A stretch of 64,000 nucleotides of DNA from Clostridia bacterium (GTDB taxonomy: Bacteria > Bacillota > Clostridia > TANB77 > CAG-508): NCBI GenBank assembly GCA_022796855.1, contig JAAWJM010000001.1:42242-106241 (forward strand). Reading direction: 5' to 3'. Shown piece by piece: positions 52,562 through 63,660 of the stretch. A program made the position numbers and the translations under genes. The first letter of the stretch is position 1. The number at the start of each line of letters is the position of its first letter. The notes under the pieces were generated by a model that was not told the DNA's origin, ran no database searches, and was given only the letters and a program-made list of their open reading frames with translations.

Positions 52562-53878
52562 GTGAATGTCATTTTACTATCAGGTGGTTCAGGAAAGAGA
52601 TTATGGCCATTATCAAATGACATACGTTCGAAGCAATTTATAAAAATATTCAAAAACAAAAATGGTAAATATGAATCAATGATTCAACGTATGTACAAGA
52701 ATATTAAAAAGGTAAATAATGAATCAATTATTACTGTGGCAACAGCAAGGTCACAAGTTTCAACAATTTATAATCAAATAGGAAAAGATATTGGAATTTC
52801 AATTGAACCATGCCGTAAAGATACATTCCCAGCAATAGCATTAGCTACTGCCTATTTACATGATGTAAAAAAAGTAGATTTAAATGAAACAGTAGTAGTT
52901 TGTCCTGTTGATCCATATGTTGAAGAAGAATATTTTCGAGCATTAGAAAAATTAAGCGATTTGGCAAAAAGTAAATATTATAATTTGTCTTTAATGGGAA
53001 TAACTCCAACGTATCCAAGTGAAAAATATGGATATATCATTCCAGAAAATAAAAAAGAAGTAAGTAAAGTTAAAATGTTTAAAGAGAAACCAAATGTAGA
53101 AATAGCTAAAAAGTGTATTGAACAAGGAGCTCTTTGGAATGGTGGAATTTTTGCATATAAATTAAGATATGTTTTAGATATTGCACATAAATTAATAGAT
53201 TTTAAAGATTATAATGATTTATTTAACAAATATGAAACACTAGAAAAAATAAGTTTCGATTATGCTATTGTTGAAAAAGAAGAAAAAATTCAAGTCATGA
53301 GATTTAGTGGACAATGGAAAGATTTAGGAACATGGAACACATTAACAGAATCTATGGATGAGAATATCATTGGCAAAGGCATAGAGAGCGATAAATGCCA
53401 AAATACACATATTGTTAACGAACTAAATATACCTATTTTATGTATGGGATTAAAGAATATGGTAGTAGCAGCAAGTGCAGAAGGTATATTAGTATCTGAT
53501 AAGGAACAATCTAGTTACATAAAGCCATATGTGGAGAAAATTAAGCAACAAATAATGTTTTCGGAAAAATCTTGGGGGAGTTATCGTGTAATTGATCTTC
53601 AAGAAGAAAGTTTAACAATTCTTGTCACATTAAATTCAGAAAGTTGTATGAAATATCATAGCCATGATTTTAGAGATGAAGTATGGACAATTATATCAGG
53701 AACAGGAAAGGCAATTGTAGATGGAATAGAAAAGACTGTAAAAGCAGGAGATATTATTACTATGAAAGCAGGTCGTAAACATACGATTATTGCTGAAACA
53801 GAACTAAAAATAATTGAAGTACAGTTAGGTAAGGAAATAAATGTAAACGATAAACACAAGTTTCAAATTGAAAAATAA
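52562..53878 (+). CDS. manC: Mannose-1-phosphate guanylyltransferase, bifunctional type with a C-terminal cupin domain.
   Basis: ILLSGGSGKRLWPLS with a cupin C-terminus. GTG start. Confidence 0.85.
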   Translation: MNVILLSGGSGKRLWPLSNDIRSKQFIKIFKNKNGKYESMIQRMYKNIKKVNNESIITVATARSQVSTIYNQIGKDIGISIEPCRKDTFPAIALATAYLHDVKKVDLNETVVVCPVDPYVEEEYFRALEKLSDLAKSKYYNLSLMGITPTYPSEKYGYIIPENKKEVSKVKMFKEKPNVEIAKKCIEQGALWNGGIFAYKLRYVLDIAHKLIDFKDYNDLFNKYETLEKISFDYAIVEKEEKIQVMRFSGQWKDLGTWNTLTESMDENIIGKGIESDKCQNTHIVNELNIPILCMGLKNMVVAASAEGILVSDKEQSSYIKPYVEKIKQQIMFSEKSWGSYRVIDLQEESLTILVTLNSESCMKYHSHDFRDEVWTIISGTGKAIVDGIEKTVKAGDIITMKAGRKHTIIAETELKIIEVQLGKEINVNDKHKFQIEK

Positions 53879-53921
53879 GGTATTATATGTAATAATAATC
53901 GAGAAGGAAGGTATGTAAAAT

Positions 53922-55091
53922 ATGAAAATAGCAGTAGCAGGAACAGGCTATGTAGGATTATCAATTGCAACATTATTAAGTCAACGCAATGAAGTTGTTG
54001 CATTAGATATCATTCCAGAAAAAGTGCAAATGATTAATAATCATATTTCACCAATAAGAGATAAAGAAATAGAAGATTTCCTAAGAAATAAAAAGTTAAA
54101 TTTAAGGGCAACGACAGATTATAAAGAAGCATTTGAAGATGCAGAATATATTGTTATAAGTACACCAACAAATTATGATGATCAACAAAATTATTTTGAT
54201 ACGTCTAGTGTTGAAGACATTATAAAGAAAGTAATTAGCATGAGCATAAATACAACAATGGTTGTAAAATCAACAATACCAGTTGGTTTTATTAAAAACG
54301 TAAAAGAAAAATATAAGATAGATAATATCATGTTTTCTCCAGAATTTTTAAGAGAAGGACAAGCATTATATGATAATCTATATCCATCAAGAATTATAGT
54401 AGGAGAAAAAAGTAAAAGAGCCGAAAAATTTGCAAATTTACTAAAAGAAGGAGCTTTGAAAAAGGACATTACAATTAAATACATGGACAGCACAGAAGCA
54501 GAAGCAGTGAAATTATTTGCAAATACATATTTAGCACTAAGAGTTTCTTATTTTAATGAACTAGATACATATGCTGAAATTAATAATTTGAATGCGAGAG
54601 ATATAATTGAAGGAGTGGGCTTAGACCCAAGAATAGGTACACACTATAATAATCCATCTTTTGGATATGGTGGATATTGCTTACCAAAGGATACAAAACA
54701 ATTATTAGCGAATTATAAAGATGTTCCACAGAATTTGATTGAAGCAATTGTAAAAGCAAATCAAACACGTAAGGATTTTATTACAGCAGAAGTTTTGAGG
54801 AATAATCCTGAAGTTATTGGAATATATCGATTAACAATGAAAGCAGGTTCTGATAATTTTAGATCAAGTGCAATCCAAGATATTATTAACAATTTAAAAG
54901 AACAAAACAAGAAAATTATTATCTATGAACCAACATTGAAAGAAGATAGTTTTAATGAGTGTGAGATTGAAAAAGATATAGAAAAATTTAAAGCGAATAC
55001 TTCAATCATAATGGCAAATAGATTGGAAAAAGAATTAGAAGATGTAAAAGAAAAAGTATACACAAGAGATATATATAGTAAAGATTCATAA
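53922..55091 (+). CDS. ugd: UDP-glucose 6-dehydrogenase.
   Basis: [14 protein letters not shown]...GGYCLPKD. Confidence 0.9.
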   Translation: MKIAVAGTGYVGLSIATLLSQRNEVVALDIIPEKVQMINNHISPIRDKEIEDFLRNKKLNLRATTDYKEAFEDAEYIVISTPTNYDDQQNYFDTSSVEDIIKKVISMSINTTMVVKSTIPVGFIKNVKEKYKIDNIMFSPEFLREGQALYDNLYPSRIIVGEKSKRAEKFANLLKEGALKKDITIKYMDSTEAEAVKLFANTYLALRVSYFNELDTYAEINNLNARDIIEGVGLDPRIGTHYNNPSFGYGGYCLPKDTKQLLANYKDVPQNLIEAIVKANQTRKDFITAEVLRNNPEVIGIYRLTMKAGSDNFRSSAIQDIINNLKEQNKKIIIYEPTLKEDSFNECEIEKDIEKFKANTSIIMANRLEKELEDVKEKVYTRDIYSKDS

Positions 55092-55100
55092 AGATAGAAG

Positions 55101-55640
55101 GTGGAAAATTTGAAAAAAGCAATTTTGTCTATAATAATACTAATTTTCGCTATTCTATGGGCAGTAGGAATATACAAGCTATCCAGTATGAACACACAAA
55201 ACTCCAATGGAAAAAGTACAGATATCATTGCAATCTTTATTGAAGATACACTAGAGGTAACAAATGAGTATGGAATAACGAATTCTCATCCGACCAACTC
55301 GAAACTAGCACGTGTATCGCAATTAATTAATGCACCAATGAGAAAAGTAATGCATGCATCAGTATATTTAGTATTAGCATTTCTTGCCATTGTTTTCTTT
55401 AATGTGTTAATGAATAATAAGCATTATTGGATTGCATTAATCTTAACATTAATAATAAGTATCGGTTTTGCAGTATCAGATGAAATTCATCAAACATATG
55501 TAAGTGGAAGAACAGGGCAATTTTTGGATGTAGTGATTGATTCGATTGGGACACTAGTGGGAATTTTTATTTACACAACATATTATATTGTTTACAAAAA
55601 TGGATATAAAAAGGGAATTACAGAAAGAAACGAAGAATAG
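55101..55640 (+). CDS. VanZ-like family membrane protein; second copy in the locus.
   Basis: DEIHQTYVSGR motif on a TM-rich protein. GTG start. Confidence 0.6.
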   Translation: MENLKKAILSIIILIFAILWAVGIYKLSSMNTQNSNGKSTDIIAIFIEDTLEVTNEYGITNSHPTNSKLARVSQLINAPMRKVMHASVYLVLAFLAIVFFNVLMNNKHYWIALILTLIISIGFAVSDEIHQTYVSGRTGQFLDVVIDSIGTLVGIFIYTTYYIVYKNGYKKGITERNEE

Positions 55641-55726
55641 TATGAAATACACCCCCTAAAGTAGACACAAAATAGAAAGCAGTGTATACTTTAAGGGGTA
55701 TTTTAGAAAAAGGAGATTGATAACTA

Positions 55727-56575
55727 ATGAAAATTTTAATCACAGGAGCAAATGGAATGCTTGCAAAAGCAGTTCAAAATGAACTAAAAAACGAAGAATT
55801 AATTTTAACCGATGTGGCAGAATTGGATATTACCAATATCGATATGGTAAGAAAATTCGTAGAAGAAAACAAACCACAATATATCATAAACTGTGCAGCC
55901 TATACCGCTGTTGACAAGGCAGAAGAGCAACTAGATTTAGCAAGAAAAGTAAATGCACTTGGACCAAAGAATCTTGCAATAGTTGCAAATGAGGAAAATG
56001 TTACATTAATTCATATTAGTACAGATTATGTCTTTAGTGGAACAAAGGCAATTGAAGAACCGTATACCGAAATGGATGAAAAAGCACCAGAGTCTGTATA
56101 TGGTACCACAAAGCTAGAGGGAGAAAATGCGATTGTGGATAGTTGTTTCCAATACTACATATTCCGTACCGCATGGCTATACGGAGATGGAAATAACTTT
56201 GTAAGAACGATGTTAAAACTAGGCAAGGAAAAAGAACAAATTAATGTTGTATCTGACCAACATGGAAGCCCAACCTATGCTGTTGACCTTGCAAGTATTA
56301 TTCGTCAAGCAATAGCTAAACAAATCCCATATGGTATATACCATGCCACAAATTTAGGCTATACCACATGGTACGAATTCACCAAGCAAATATTTGAGAA
56401 GGCAAATATTTCTTGTAAAGTAAATCCAGTGACTTCGGAAGAGTTTGCAAGTGCTGCAAAACGTCCTAAAAATTCAAAATTATCGAAAGACAAGTTGTTA
56501 AAGGAAGGAATTGAAATACCAACTTATGAAGATGCATTGAACCGATATTTGAAAATAGAATTGAATAAGGAATAA
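55727..56575 (+). CDS. rfbD: dTDP-4-dehydrorhamnose reductase.
   Basis: MKILITGANGMLA...YHATN... of the RmlD family. Confidence 0.85.
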   Translation: MKILITGANGMLAKAVQNELKNEELILTDVAELDITNIDMVRKFVEENKPQYIINCAAYTAVDKAEEQLDLARKVNALGPKNLAIVANEENVTLIHISTDYVFSGTKAIEEPYTEMDEKAPESVYGTTKLEGENAIVDSCFQYYIFRTAWLYGDGNNFVRTMLKLGKEKEQINVVSDQHGSPTYAVDLASIIRQAIAKQIPYGIYHATNLGYTTWYEFTKQIFEKANISCKVNPVTSEEFASAAKRPKNSKLSKDKLLKEGIEIPTYEDALNRYLKIELNKE

Positions 56576-56577
56576 AT

Positions 56578-57687
56578 ATGGAAAAGAAAAAAGTGCGTAA
56601 CTCAAATTTGGAATTATTAAGAATTGTAAGTATGATTTTAATTATTATGCACCATTATGTTGTGCATGGGCAATTCGTATGGGAAATGACAACGGTTAAT
56701 AAAATAATGTTAGATATACTATCATTGGGTGGTAAGTTAGGTGTTAATTGTTTTGTATTAATTACAGGATACTTTATGGTTCAGTCGAAAATGAACATAA
56801 AGAAATTGATAAAAATTATTCTAGAAATTGTATTTTATTCAACATCGATATACATTATTTTTACTTGCTTTAATATAATACCATTTACATTTAGCGGAAT
56901 AATAAATTCAATATTTGCAATTACACAAAACGCATATTGGTTTGGAACAACATATGTTATATTATATGTATTAATACCATTCATAAACCAATCAATAAGC
57001 AGTTTTAATGAAAAGCAACATCGATATTTATGTTTTACATTAGTAGTAATATTTTCAATTATACCAACAATTACAACTCGCAATTTTGAATTTTCGCATG
57101 TAATTTGGTTTGTTACTTTGTACTATATAGCAGGCTACATACGAAAATACCCTAATAAATACACAGAAATAATGGCAAAGAATGTGAAATATAGTGGAAT
57201 GATAATTCTTTTTATGATAATTACGACAATAGGGTTTAATTTGCTAACAGCAGTTAACCCAGATGCAAAGTATTATATAACATACTTTGGAATTGTAAAT
57301 AGTCTGCCATTATTAATATTATCCATAACATTATTTATCGTATTTAAAAATATGAAGTTAAAGCAAAGTAAAGTGCTTAATTTAATAGCAAGTTCTACAT
57401 TTGGAGTTTATTTAATACATGATAATCTCTATATGAGGGATTTTCTATGGGTAAAAGTATTAAAGAATAATACATATGCTACATCACCATATTTGATGAT
57501 TCATTTTGTGTTTAGTGTAATTGCTTTATTTGTTGTATGTACGATTATTGACCAAATTCGTATGCGAATAATTGAAAAAAGAGTAGTTGATAAATTGATA
57601 GACAAACTATATAATATTTATAATAAACAGAAATTGAAAAAACAAAATAATACGATAAAAGTAGAAAAAGTATTAGAATTAAAATAG
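56578..57687 (+). CDS. Acyltransferase family 3 (OatA-like) membrane O-acyltransferase.
   Basis: N-terminal ...[16 protein letters not shown] on a roughly 10-TM protein. Confidence 0.7.
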   Translation: MEKKKVRNSNLELLRIVSMILIIMHHYVVHGQFVWEMTTVNKIMLDILSLGGKLGVNCFVLITGYFMVQSKMNIKKLIKIILEIVFYSTSIYIIFTCFNIIPFTFSGIINSIFAITQNAYWFGTTYVILYVLIPFINQSISSFNEKQHRYLCFTLVVIFSIIPTITTRNFEFSHVIWFVTLYYIAGYIRKYPNKYTEIMAKNVKYSGMIILFMIITTIGFNLLTAVNPDAKYYITYFGIVNSLPLLILSITLFIVFKNMKLKQSKVLNLIASSTFGVYLIHDNLYMRDFLWVKVLKNNTYATSPYLMIHFVFSVIALFVVCTIIDQIRMRIIEKRVVDKLIDKLYNIYNKQKLKKQNNTIKVEKVLELK

Positions 57688-57697
57688 GAGAATAACA

Positions 57698-58588
57698 ATG
57701 AAAAATCGTAAAGGAATTATTTTAGCAGGAGGGAGTGCGATACGACTATATCCACTCACTCTTGCTATATCAAAACAAATCATGCCAGTGTATGATAAAC
57801 CAATGATTTACTACCCATTATCTGTCTTAATGGAAGCAAATATTCGTGAAGTGCTTATTATTTCTACTCCAAGAGATATTGTAACGTTTCAAGAGCTTCT
57901 TGGTGATGGCTCCAAATGGGGCATGCAGTTTTCGTATAAGGTGCAAGAGAAGCCAAGAGGGCTTGCAGAAGCCTTTATATTAGCAGAAGAATTTATTGGT
58001 GAGGATAATGTTGCCATGATTTTAGGGGATAATATGTTCTATGGACATAACCTATGTAAATTACTAAAACGTGCTAATGAACGAGAGGATGAGGCTACCA
58101 TATTTGGTTATTATGTAAAAGACCCATCTGCCTATGGAGTAGTAGAAATTAACCAAGATGGACATGCTATTTCAATTGAAGAAAAACCAGAAATTCCAAA
58201 ATCGCATTATGCGGTTCCAGGCTTGTATTTTTATACCAATGATGTAGTTAATATTGCAAAAAATGTGAAACCTTCAACAAGAGGAGAATTGGAGATTACT
58301 TCGATTAATGAAGAATACATGAAACAAGGACGATTAAAGGTAGAAAAGCTAGGTCGTGCTATGACTTGGTTTGATACTGGGACACATGATTCTTTGCTAG
58401 AAACCGCAAGTTTTGTACAAACTATTGAAAAAAGACAAGGTATGCAAATTTGTTGCCCAGAGGAAATTGCATTTCGTAAAGAATGGATTACTCCAGAGCA
58501 GTTATCTGTATTAGCAGATCAATTCATGAAAACAGAATATGGAAAATTTTTAAAAGATTTAGCAGAAAATAAAATAGGAGCAGAGTAA
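57698..58588 (+). CDS. rfbA: Glucose-1-phosphate thymidylyltransferase.
   Basis: [17 protein letters not shown]. Confidence 0.9.
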   Translation: MKNRKGIILAGGSAIRLYPLTLAISKQIMPVYDKPMIYYPLSVLMEANIREVLIISTPRDIVTFQELLGDGSKWGMQFSYKVQEKPRGLAEAFILAEEFIGEDNVAMILGDNMFYGHNLCKLLKRANEREDEATIFGYYVKDPSAYGVVEINQDGHAISIEEKPEIPKSHYAVPGLYFYTNDVVNIAKNVKPSTRGELEITSINEEYMKQGRLKVEKLGRAMTWFDTGTHDSLLETASFVQTIEKRQGMQICCPEEIAFRKEWITPEQLSVLADQFMKTEYGKFLKDLAENKIGAE

Positions 58589-58589
58589 A

Positions 58590-59171
58590 ATGGGAAAGTT
58601 TAAAAAAATAGAAACTAGTATAGATGGTGTATATGTAATTGAGCCAACGGTATTTGGCGATAATAGAGGATATTTCATGGAAACCTATTCCAAAGCAGAA
58701 TTTGAAGAAATTGGTTTATATTATGATTTCGTACAAGATAATCAATCAAAGTCGAAAAAGGGTGTATTAAGAGGCTTGCATTTCCAAAAAGAAAACATAC
58801 AAGCCAAATTAGTACGAGTACTAAAAGGCGAAGTATTTGATGTAGCAGTAGACCTAAGACCAAACAGCAAAACCTATGGCAAATGGGAAGGAGTCATCCT
58901 ATCCGAAGAAAATAAAAAGATGTTTTTAATTCCAAAAGGGTTCGCCCATGGCTTCTTAGTCCTATCCGAAGAAGCAGAATTTACCTACAAATGTGACGAC
59001 ATCTACAACCACAACGCCGAAGGCGGTCTTGCATGGAATGACAAAGAAGTAGGAATTAACTGGCCACTAGGAAACATCAAAAAAGAAGACCTAATCACCT
59101 CAGAAAAAGACACAAAATGGCCAACCCTAAACGAATTAAGAAAAACCAATTTATTTCAAAATCTAACGTAA
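58590..59171 (+). CDS. rfbC: dTDP-4-dehydrorhamnose 3,5-epimerase.
   Basis: Cupin fold typical of RmlC (FGDNRGYFMETY...LRGLHFQ). Confidence 0.9.
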   Translation: MGKFKKIETSIDGVYVIEPTVFGDNRGYFMETYSKAEFEEIGLYYDFVQDNQSKSKKGVLRGLHFQKENIQAKLVRVLKGEVFDVAVDLRPNSKTYGKWEGVILSEENKKMFLIPKGFAHGFLVLSEEAEFTYKCDDIYNHNAEGGLAWNDKEVGINWPLGNIKKEDLITSEKDTKWPTLNELRKTNLFQNLT

Positions 59172-59229
59172 AAAACAAAACCAAAATCTATACACAAAAC
59201 GGGTCGATGAAGGCATTGACCCCTACAAA

Positions 59230-59445
59230 AAATATAAAAATTTCTAAACAGTAAAAAACACAAAAGAAATTCCAACGCCATAAAAAATGGCAAACACTAG
59301 CGTGAGCCCCGTAATGGGATTAATTTTTGTAATGAAGACCCGACAGCCCTTTGAGGCGGGGGAATACCCGTGAGCTTGGAGGGCGAAATGAAAAAAATTA
59401 ATCCCATTATGGGTCGGAAGCGGAAACCCAAACGAAAACAAAAAA
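59230..59445 (+). other. GC-enriched structured intergenic element between rfbC and rfbB; a candidate cis-regulatory or small RNA.
   Basis: Long-range 17-nt inverted repeat cccgtaatgggattaat ... attaatcccattatggg, about 75 nt apart. Internal hairpins (cgggggaatacccg; gccataaaaaatggc). Four CGG triplets. Sequence theme gacagccc..gggg shared with the 27-kb repeats. Confidence 0.35.
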
Positions 59446-59458
59446 GGAGAGAAAAAAC

Positions 59459-60427
59459 ATGAGTAATAACATATTAATTACCGGAGCAGCTGGATTTATT
59501 GGAGCAAATTTTGCTGAATTTTTTGTCACAAAACATCCAGAATATAACATCATCGTATTAGACAAACTAACCTATGCAGGAAACCTAAATAACCTAAAAA
59601 AAATACAAGACAAAATTACCTTCATACAAGGTGACATTTGCGACTACACCTTTGTAAAAGACTTATTTGAAAAATACCAAATTAATGGAGTAATCCATTT
59701 CGCAGCAGAATCTCATGTAGATAATAGCATCAAAAACCCATTTATTTTTACCCAAACCAACGTAATTGGAACCCACACCCTACTAGAAGTAGCAAAACAA
59801 ACTTGGGGTGAAGGCAGCAAAAACAAATTCGTCCATATTTCCACAGACGAAGTATACGGCACCCTTGGCGAAGAAGGCTATTTCACAGAAACAACACCAA
59901 TTAATCCAAACAGCCCATACTCTGCCTCAAAAGCAAGCTCTGACCTAATCGCAAGAGCATATTACGAAACCTTCAAAATGAATGTAACTATTACGAATTG
60001 CTCAAATAACTATGGACCATATCAACACCATGAAAAACTAATTCCTCATATGATAAAACTAGCCATGAATAACGAAAAGCTACCAGTATATGGAGATGGC
60101 AAAAACATTCGCGACTGGTTATACGTGGAAGACCACTGCGAAGCAATTGATATGGTATTCCATAAGGGAAGGGCAGGCGAAAGATACAACATTGGCGGAC
60201 ATAATGAAAAAAGAAATATTGAAATTGTAAAATTAATCTTAAACCATTTACATAAGCCAGAAACCATGATAGAATTTGTAGAGGATCGAAAAGGACATGA
60301 CTATCGTTATGCCATCGACCCAAGCAAAATAAAGAAAGAACTAGGCTGGGAGCCAAAAACAAAATTCGAAGATGGCATTATCAAGACCATCGATTGGTAC
60401 TTAGCAAATCCAGACTGGCTTAGGTAA
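59459..60427 (+). CDS. rfbB: dTDP-glucose 4,6-dehydratase.
   Basis: ILITGAAGFIGANF...YSASKASSD. Confidence 0.9.
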   Translation: MSNNILITGAAGFIGANFAEFFVTKHPEYNIIVLDKLTYAGNLNNLKKIQDKITFIQGDICDYTFVKDLFEKYQINGVIHFAAESHVDNSIKNPFIFTQTNVIGTHTLLEVAKQTWGEGSKNKFVHISTDEVYGTLGEEGYFTETTPINPNSPYSASKASSDLIARAYYETFKMNVTITNCSNNYGPYQHHEKLIPHMIKLAMNNEKLPVYGDGKNIRDWLYVEDHCEAIDMVFHKGRAGERYNIGGHNEKRNIEIVKLILNHLHKPETMIEFVEDRKGHDYRYAIDPSKIKKELGWEPKTKFEDGIIKTIDWYLANPDWLR

Positions 60428-60439
60428 GAGGTAAAAAAA

Positions 60440-61591
60440 ATGATATACGATGACCAAAACAAACTAATTCCCAAAAAGCAAAAGGGTATTAAGAAAATCC
60501 TAACACAAGTGGTAGAAGGCATAAAAAATGTAGCCGTTTTTATAGGAAGAGGCATAAAAGAAATAAGCATTCGCATAAAAGGCATGAATAAATGGGCAAA
60601 GATAATAATTAGTTTGGTGGTTATCATCATGATTTTGACAGCTATTTTGGTAAGCAAGTTTGTAGGAGATCGTCTTTCAAAAATACATTTTAAAGATTTA
60701 GACGAAGGAAATTTAGGAATTAACACTGAGGTATATAGCGAAATAGAGGGGCTAACCAAAAAGGAATATGACCAAGTAGTAAATATCTTACTTCTTGGTT
60801 CCGATTCCAAAGATATGTCAGACCAATACGACGGAAACAGTGATGCCATTATGATTATTTCCATTAATCCAAAATTCAAAAGCATCAAATTAATTAGTAT
60901 TCCACGTGATACGGCAGCAAATATTGCAGGATTTGAAAATCGATACAAAATTAATGCAGCCTTTGCAACAGGAAAAGAACAACTAGCTGTTAAAACCATA
61001 AACGAGAACTTTGGACTAAATATAAAAGAATATGTTACGGTTAATATTTCTAGCATGTATGATATTATTAATGAAATTGGTGGAGTGGAATTAGAAATTA
61101 CAAAAGAGGAAATGAATTCGATTAATCATTTTGTCGACATGTTTTACCAATTTTCAGGCAAACCAACCAAAAAAGTAACGAGTTATGGAAAAGTAACCTT
61201 AACTGGAGAACAAGCAGCAGCGCATGTAAAAGAAAGAGAAGCAGGCTACCGTAGTGGAACTACAGATTATGGCGATTTTGGAAGAACTAGAAGACAAAGA
61301 GAAGTGTTAGTTGCTATGCTAAATAAGATATTAACCAAAGATTTAGGCGAAATTTCTAGAATTATCGATTTAATTTTAGAACAAGTAACAACCAATATAA
61401 ATGTAGGCAAATACATGGGTATGCTTCCAGAATTGGTTGCCAATAAAGATGCATATTTGAATAATCTTACCTCGGTGATGATACCGAAAAATGAGTATAG
61501 TGAAGAGATTTTAGAAAATGGAACTTTTTTATATGTGACAGATTTGGAAAAAGCAAAAAAGGATTTTATTCATTATATGTATGAGATGTAG
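60440..61591 (+). CDS. LytR-CpsA-Psr (LCP) family protein; second copy, closing the polysaccharide locus.
   Basis: TM helix followed by an LCP domain (ILLLGSDS...DAIMIISINP...ISIPRDT). Confidence 0.8.
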   Translation: MIYDDQNKLIPKKQKGIKKILTQVVEGIKNVAVFIGRGIKEISIRIKGMNKWAKIIISLVVIIMILTAILVSKFVGDRLSKIHFKDLDEGNLGINTEVYSEIEGLTKKEYDQVVNILLLGSDSKDMSDQYDGNSDAIMIISINPKFKSIKLISIPRDTAANIAGFENRYKINAAFATGKEQLAVKTINENFGLNIKEYVTVNISSMYDIINEIGGVELEITKEEMNSINHFVDMFYQFSGKPTKKVTSYGKVTLTGEQAAAHVKEREAGYRSGTTDYGDFGRTRRQREVLVAMLNKILTKDLGEISRIIDLILEQVTTNINVGKYMGMLPELVANKDAYLNNLTSVMIPKNEYSEEILENGTFLYVTDLEKAKKDFIHYMYEM

Positions 61592-61704
61592 TAAAAAAAT
61601 TAGACAAACCATTTTTAATTAATATTTGAAAATTTTCCTAACAGAAAAAGTAGGATGTTAGATTTAAGCTAAAATGTAAGTAATTATATTTTAGCTTAAA
61701 ATGA

Positions 61705-62088
61705 TTACAAAACCTTTTCTTCTAAGACTTCAATACGGATTTCGTGATTATCAAGTTTTGAATTAATTTTATCGATACTTTCTTGCATAATGTCCATTTT
61801 ATCCGTAAGCATAGAAATTTGTTCTAAACCAATTTGTATTTTTCGGTCGTGTTCATATTCTATTCGAGTTACGATATTTTCAATAGATTGTAAGCTAGCT
61901 TTGATTTCTTTTATATCATTATCATGTTCAGCGAATTTCTTATCATGTTTGTCAAATCTTTTGTCATATTCAGCAAATTTCTTGTCATATTCATCAAATC
62001 TTTTGTCATGTTCATCAAATCGTGCGAAAATCTTTTCAAAATTTTCTTGAAGTGTACTTAAAATTAATAGAGTATTCTTATCTTCCAT
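61705..62088 (-). CDS. Small coiled-coil protein with five tandem 7-aa (21-nt) F[DA][EK][HY]D[KN][RKD] repeats.
   Basis: FDEHDKR FDEYDKK FAEYDKR FDKHDKK FAEHDND. Start set at MEDKN (aaggagg plus 8 nt). A bidirectional terminator hairpin lies at 61655-61700. Confidence 0.5.
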   Translation of the reverse strand: MEDKNTLLILSTLQENFEKIFARFDEHDKRFDEYDKKFAEYDKRFDKHDKKFAEHDNDIKEIKASLQSIENIVTRIEYEHDRKIQIGLEQISMLTDKMDIMQESIDKINSKLDNHEIRIEVLEEKVL

Positions 62089-62282
62089 ACACATATCCTC
62101 CTTTCCATGTTTTGTCTAATTTCAGTAAAATTATAACATACCGCATTGTCAAAAAGCAACAAAAAACACAGAAAACTTTCCGACCAATTTCGACATGAAA
62201 AATTTCTTAAGAATATATTGCAAATAAAAGTAAATATGGATATAATAGAGCTAATGTTAAAAACGTAAAAAGGAGAAAAGCG

Positions 62283-63647
62283 ATGAGAAAATATTTTGGA
62301 ACAGATGGGATAAGAAGAATTGCTAATACCGAACTTACCCCAAATTTAGTCTACAAAGTAGCAAAAGCAGGAGCATGTGTATTATCCAAACATACAGACC
62401 ATGCACCAACCATTCTAATTGGAAGAGATACCCGTATTTCAGGGTCATTAATTGAAAGTGCGATGACAGCTGGATTTTTAAGCTATGGTGCCAATGTAAA
62501 ATTATTAGGAGTGATTCCAACCCCAGCAGTAGCCTATTTAACAAGAAAACTAAATGCAGATGCAAGTGTTGTTATTTCTGCATCCCACAATACATATGAA
62601 TTTAATGGTGTCAAATATTTTAGCAATAAGGGAATGAAAATTGATGATACAATTGAAGAAGAAATAGAAGAAATTATGGATTCAGATCAAATTGATGGAA
62701 TGAATGCACCACACGATAAAATTGGGGTTTCTGAATTAAGAGAAGACCTAATTGATGAATATGCAAATAATCTATTAGAAACATTTAAACCAAGCATTGG
62801 CAATTGTAAAAAAGAAGATTTTATTGTAGGGATTGATACTGCTAATGGTGCAACCTACAAGGTAGCAGAAAAGATATTTTCTGAGCTAGGAATTCAATAC
62901 ATCATTATTAACAATCATCCAAATGGGGTAAATATAAATGAAAATTGTGGGTCGACTCATTTAGAGCAAATTAAAAAATTTGTGGTAGAACATAAGTTAA
63001 GTCTAGGAGTGGCTTATGATGGGGATGGAGACCGTTGTTTATTAATTGATGAACAAGGAAATGAAATTGATGGAGACAAAGTATTAGCAATTTGTTCAAA
63101 ATACATGAAGGAAAAAGGAACATTAAAGAAAGATACGGTTGTAGCAACAGTTATGAGTAATTTAGGACTAAAAAAATACTGTAAAGAAAACGGATTACAA
63201 GAATGTCAAACCAAAGTAGGAGACCGTTATGTATTAGAAGAAATGCTAAAAAATGGATATAATTTAGGAGGAGAGCAATCTGGACACATTATTTTCTTAG
63301 ATTATAATCCAACAGGAGATGGTATTTTAACATCACTTATGGTGATTCAAATTTTATTAGAAAAAAATGTTTCAGCTTCAAAACTTTGTAGTATAATTAG
63401 TATATATCCGCAAGTATTAATTAATGCAAAAGTAGCATCTGATAAAAAGAATGACTACGAAAAAGAGGAAGCGATCAAGCAAAAAATACAAGAGTTAGAA
63501 ACAGAATTTGCAGATAATGGTAGGGTTTTAATACGTCCTTCTGGAACAGAACCGCTAGTAAGGGTTATGATTGAAGGAGAGGATAAACAATTTATTAAAA
63601 CAAAGGCAGAAGAACTTGTAAAACTAATCGAAGAAAAATTAAAATAA
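62283..63647 (+). CDS. glmM: Phosphoglucosamine mutase.
   Basis: YFGTDGIRR..., the active-site Ser region SASHNTYEFNGVK, and GDGDR. Confidence 0.9.
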   Translation: MRKYFGTDGIRRIANTELTPNLVYKVAKAGACVLSKHTDHAPTILIGRDTRISGSLIESAMTAGFLSYGANVKLLGVIPTPAVAYLTRKLNADASVVISASHNTYEFNGVKYFSNKGMKIDDTIEEEIEEIMDSDQIDGMNAPHDKIGVSELREDLIDEYANNLLETFKPSIGNCKKEDFIVGIDTANGATYKVAEKIFSELGIQYIIINNHPNGVNINENCGSTHLEQIKKFVVEHKLSLGVAYDGDGDRCLLIDEQGNEIDGDKVLAICSKYMKEKGTLKKDTVVATVMSNLGLKKYCKENGLQECQTKVGDRYVLEEMLKNGYNLGGEQSGHIIFLDYNPTGDGILTSLMVIQILLEKNVSASKLCSIISIYPQVLINAKVASDKKNDYEKEEAIKQKIQELETEFADNGRVLIRPSGTEPLVRVMIEGEDKQFIKTKAEELVKLIEEKLK

Positions 63648-63660
63648 GGAGGAACAAAAG

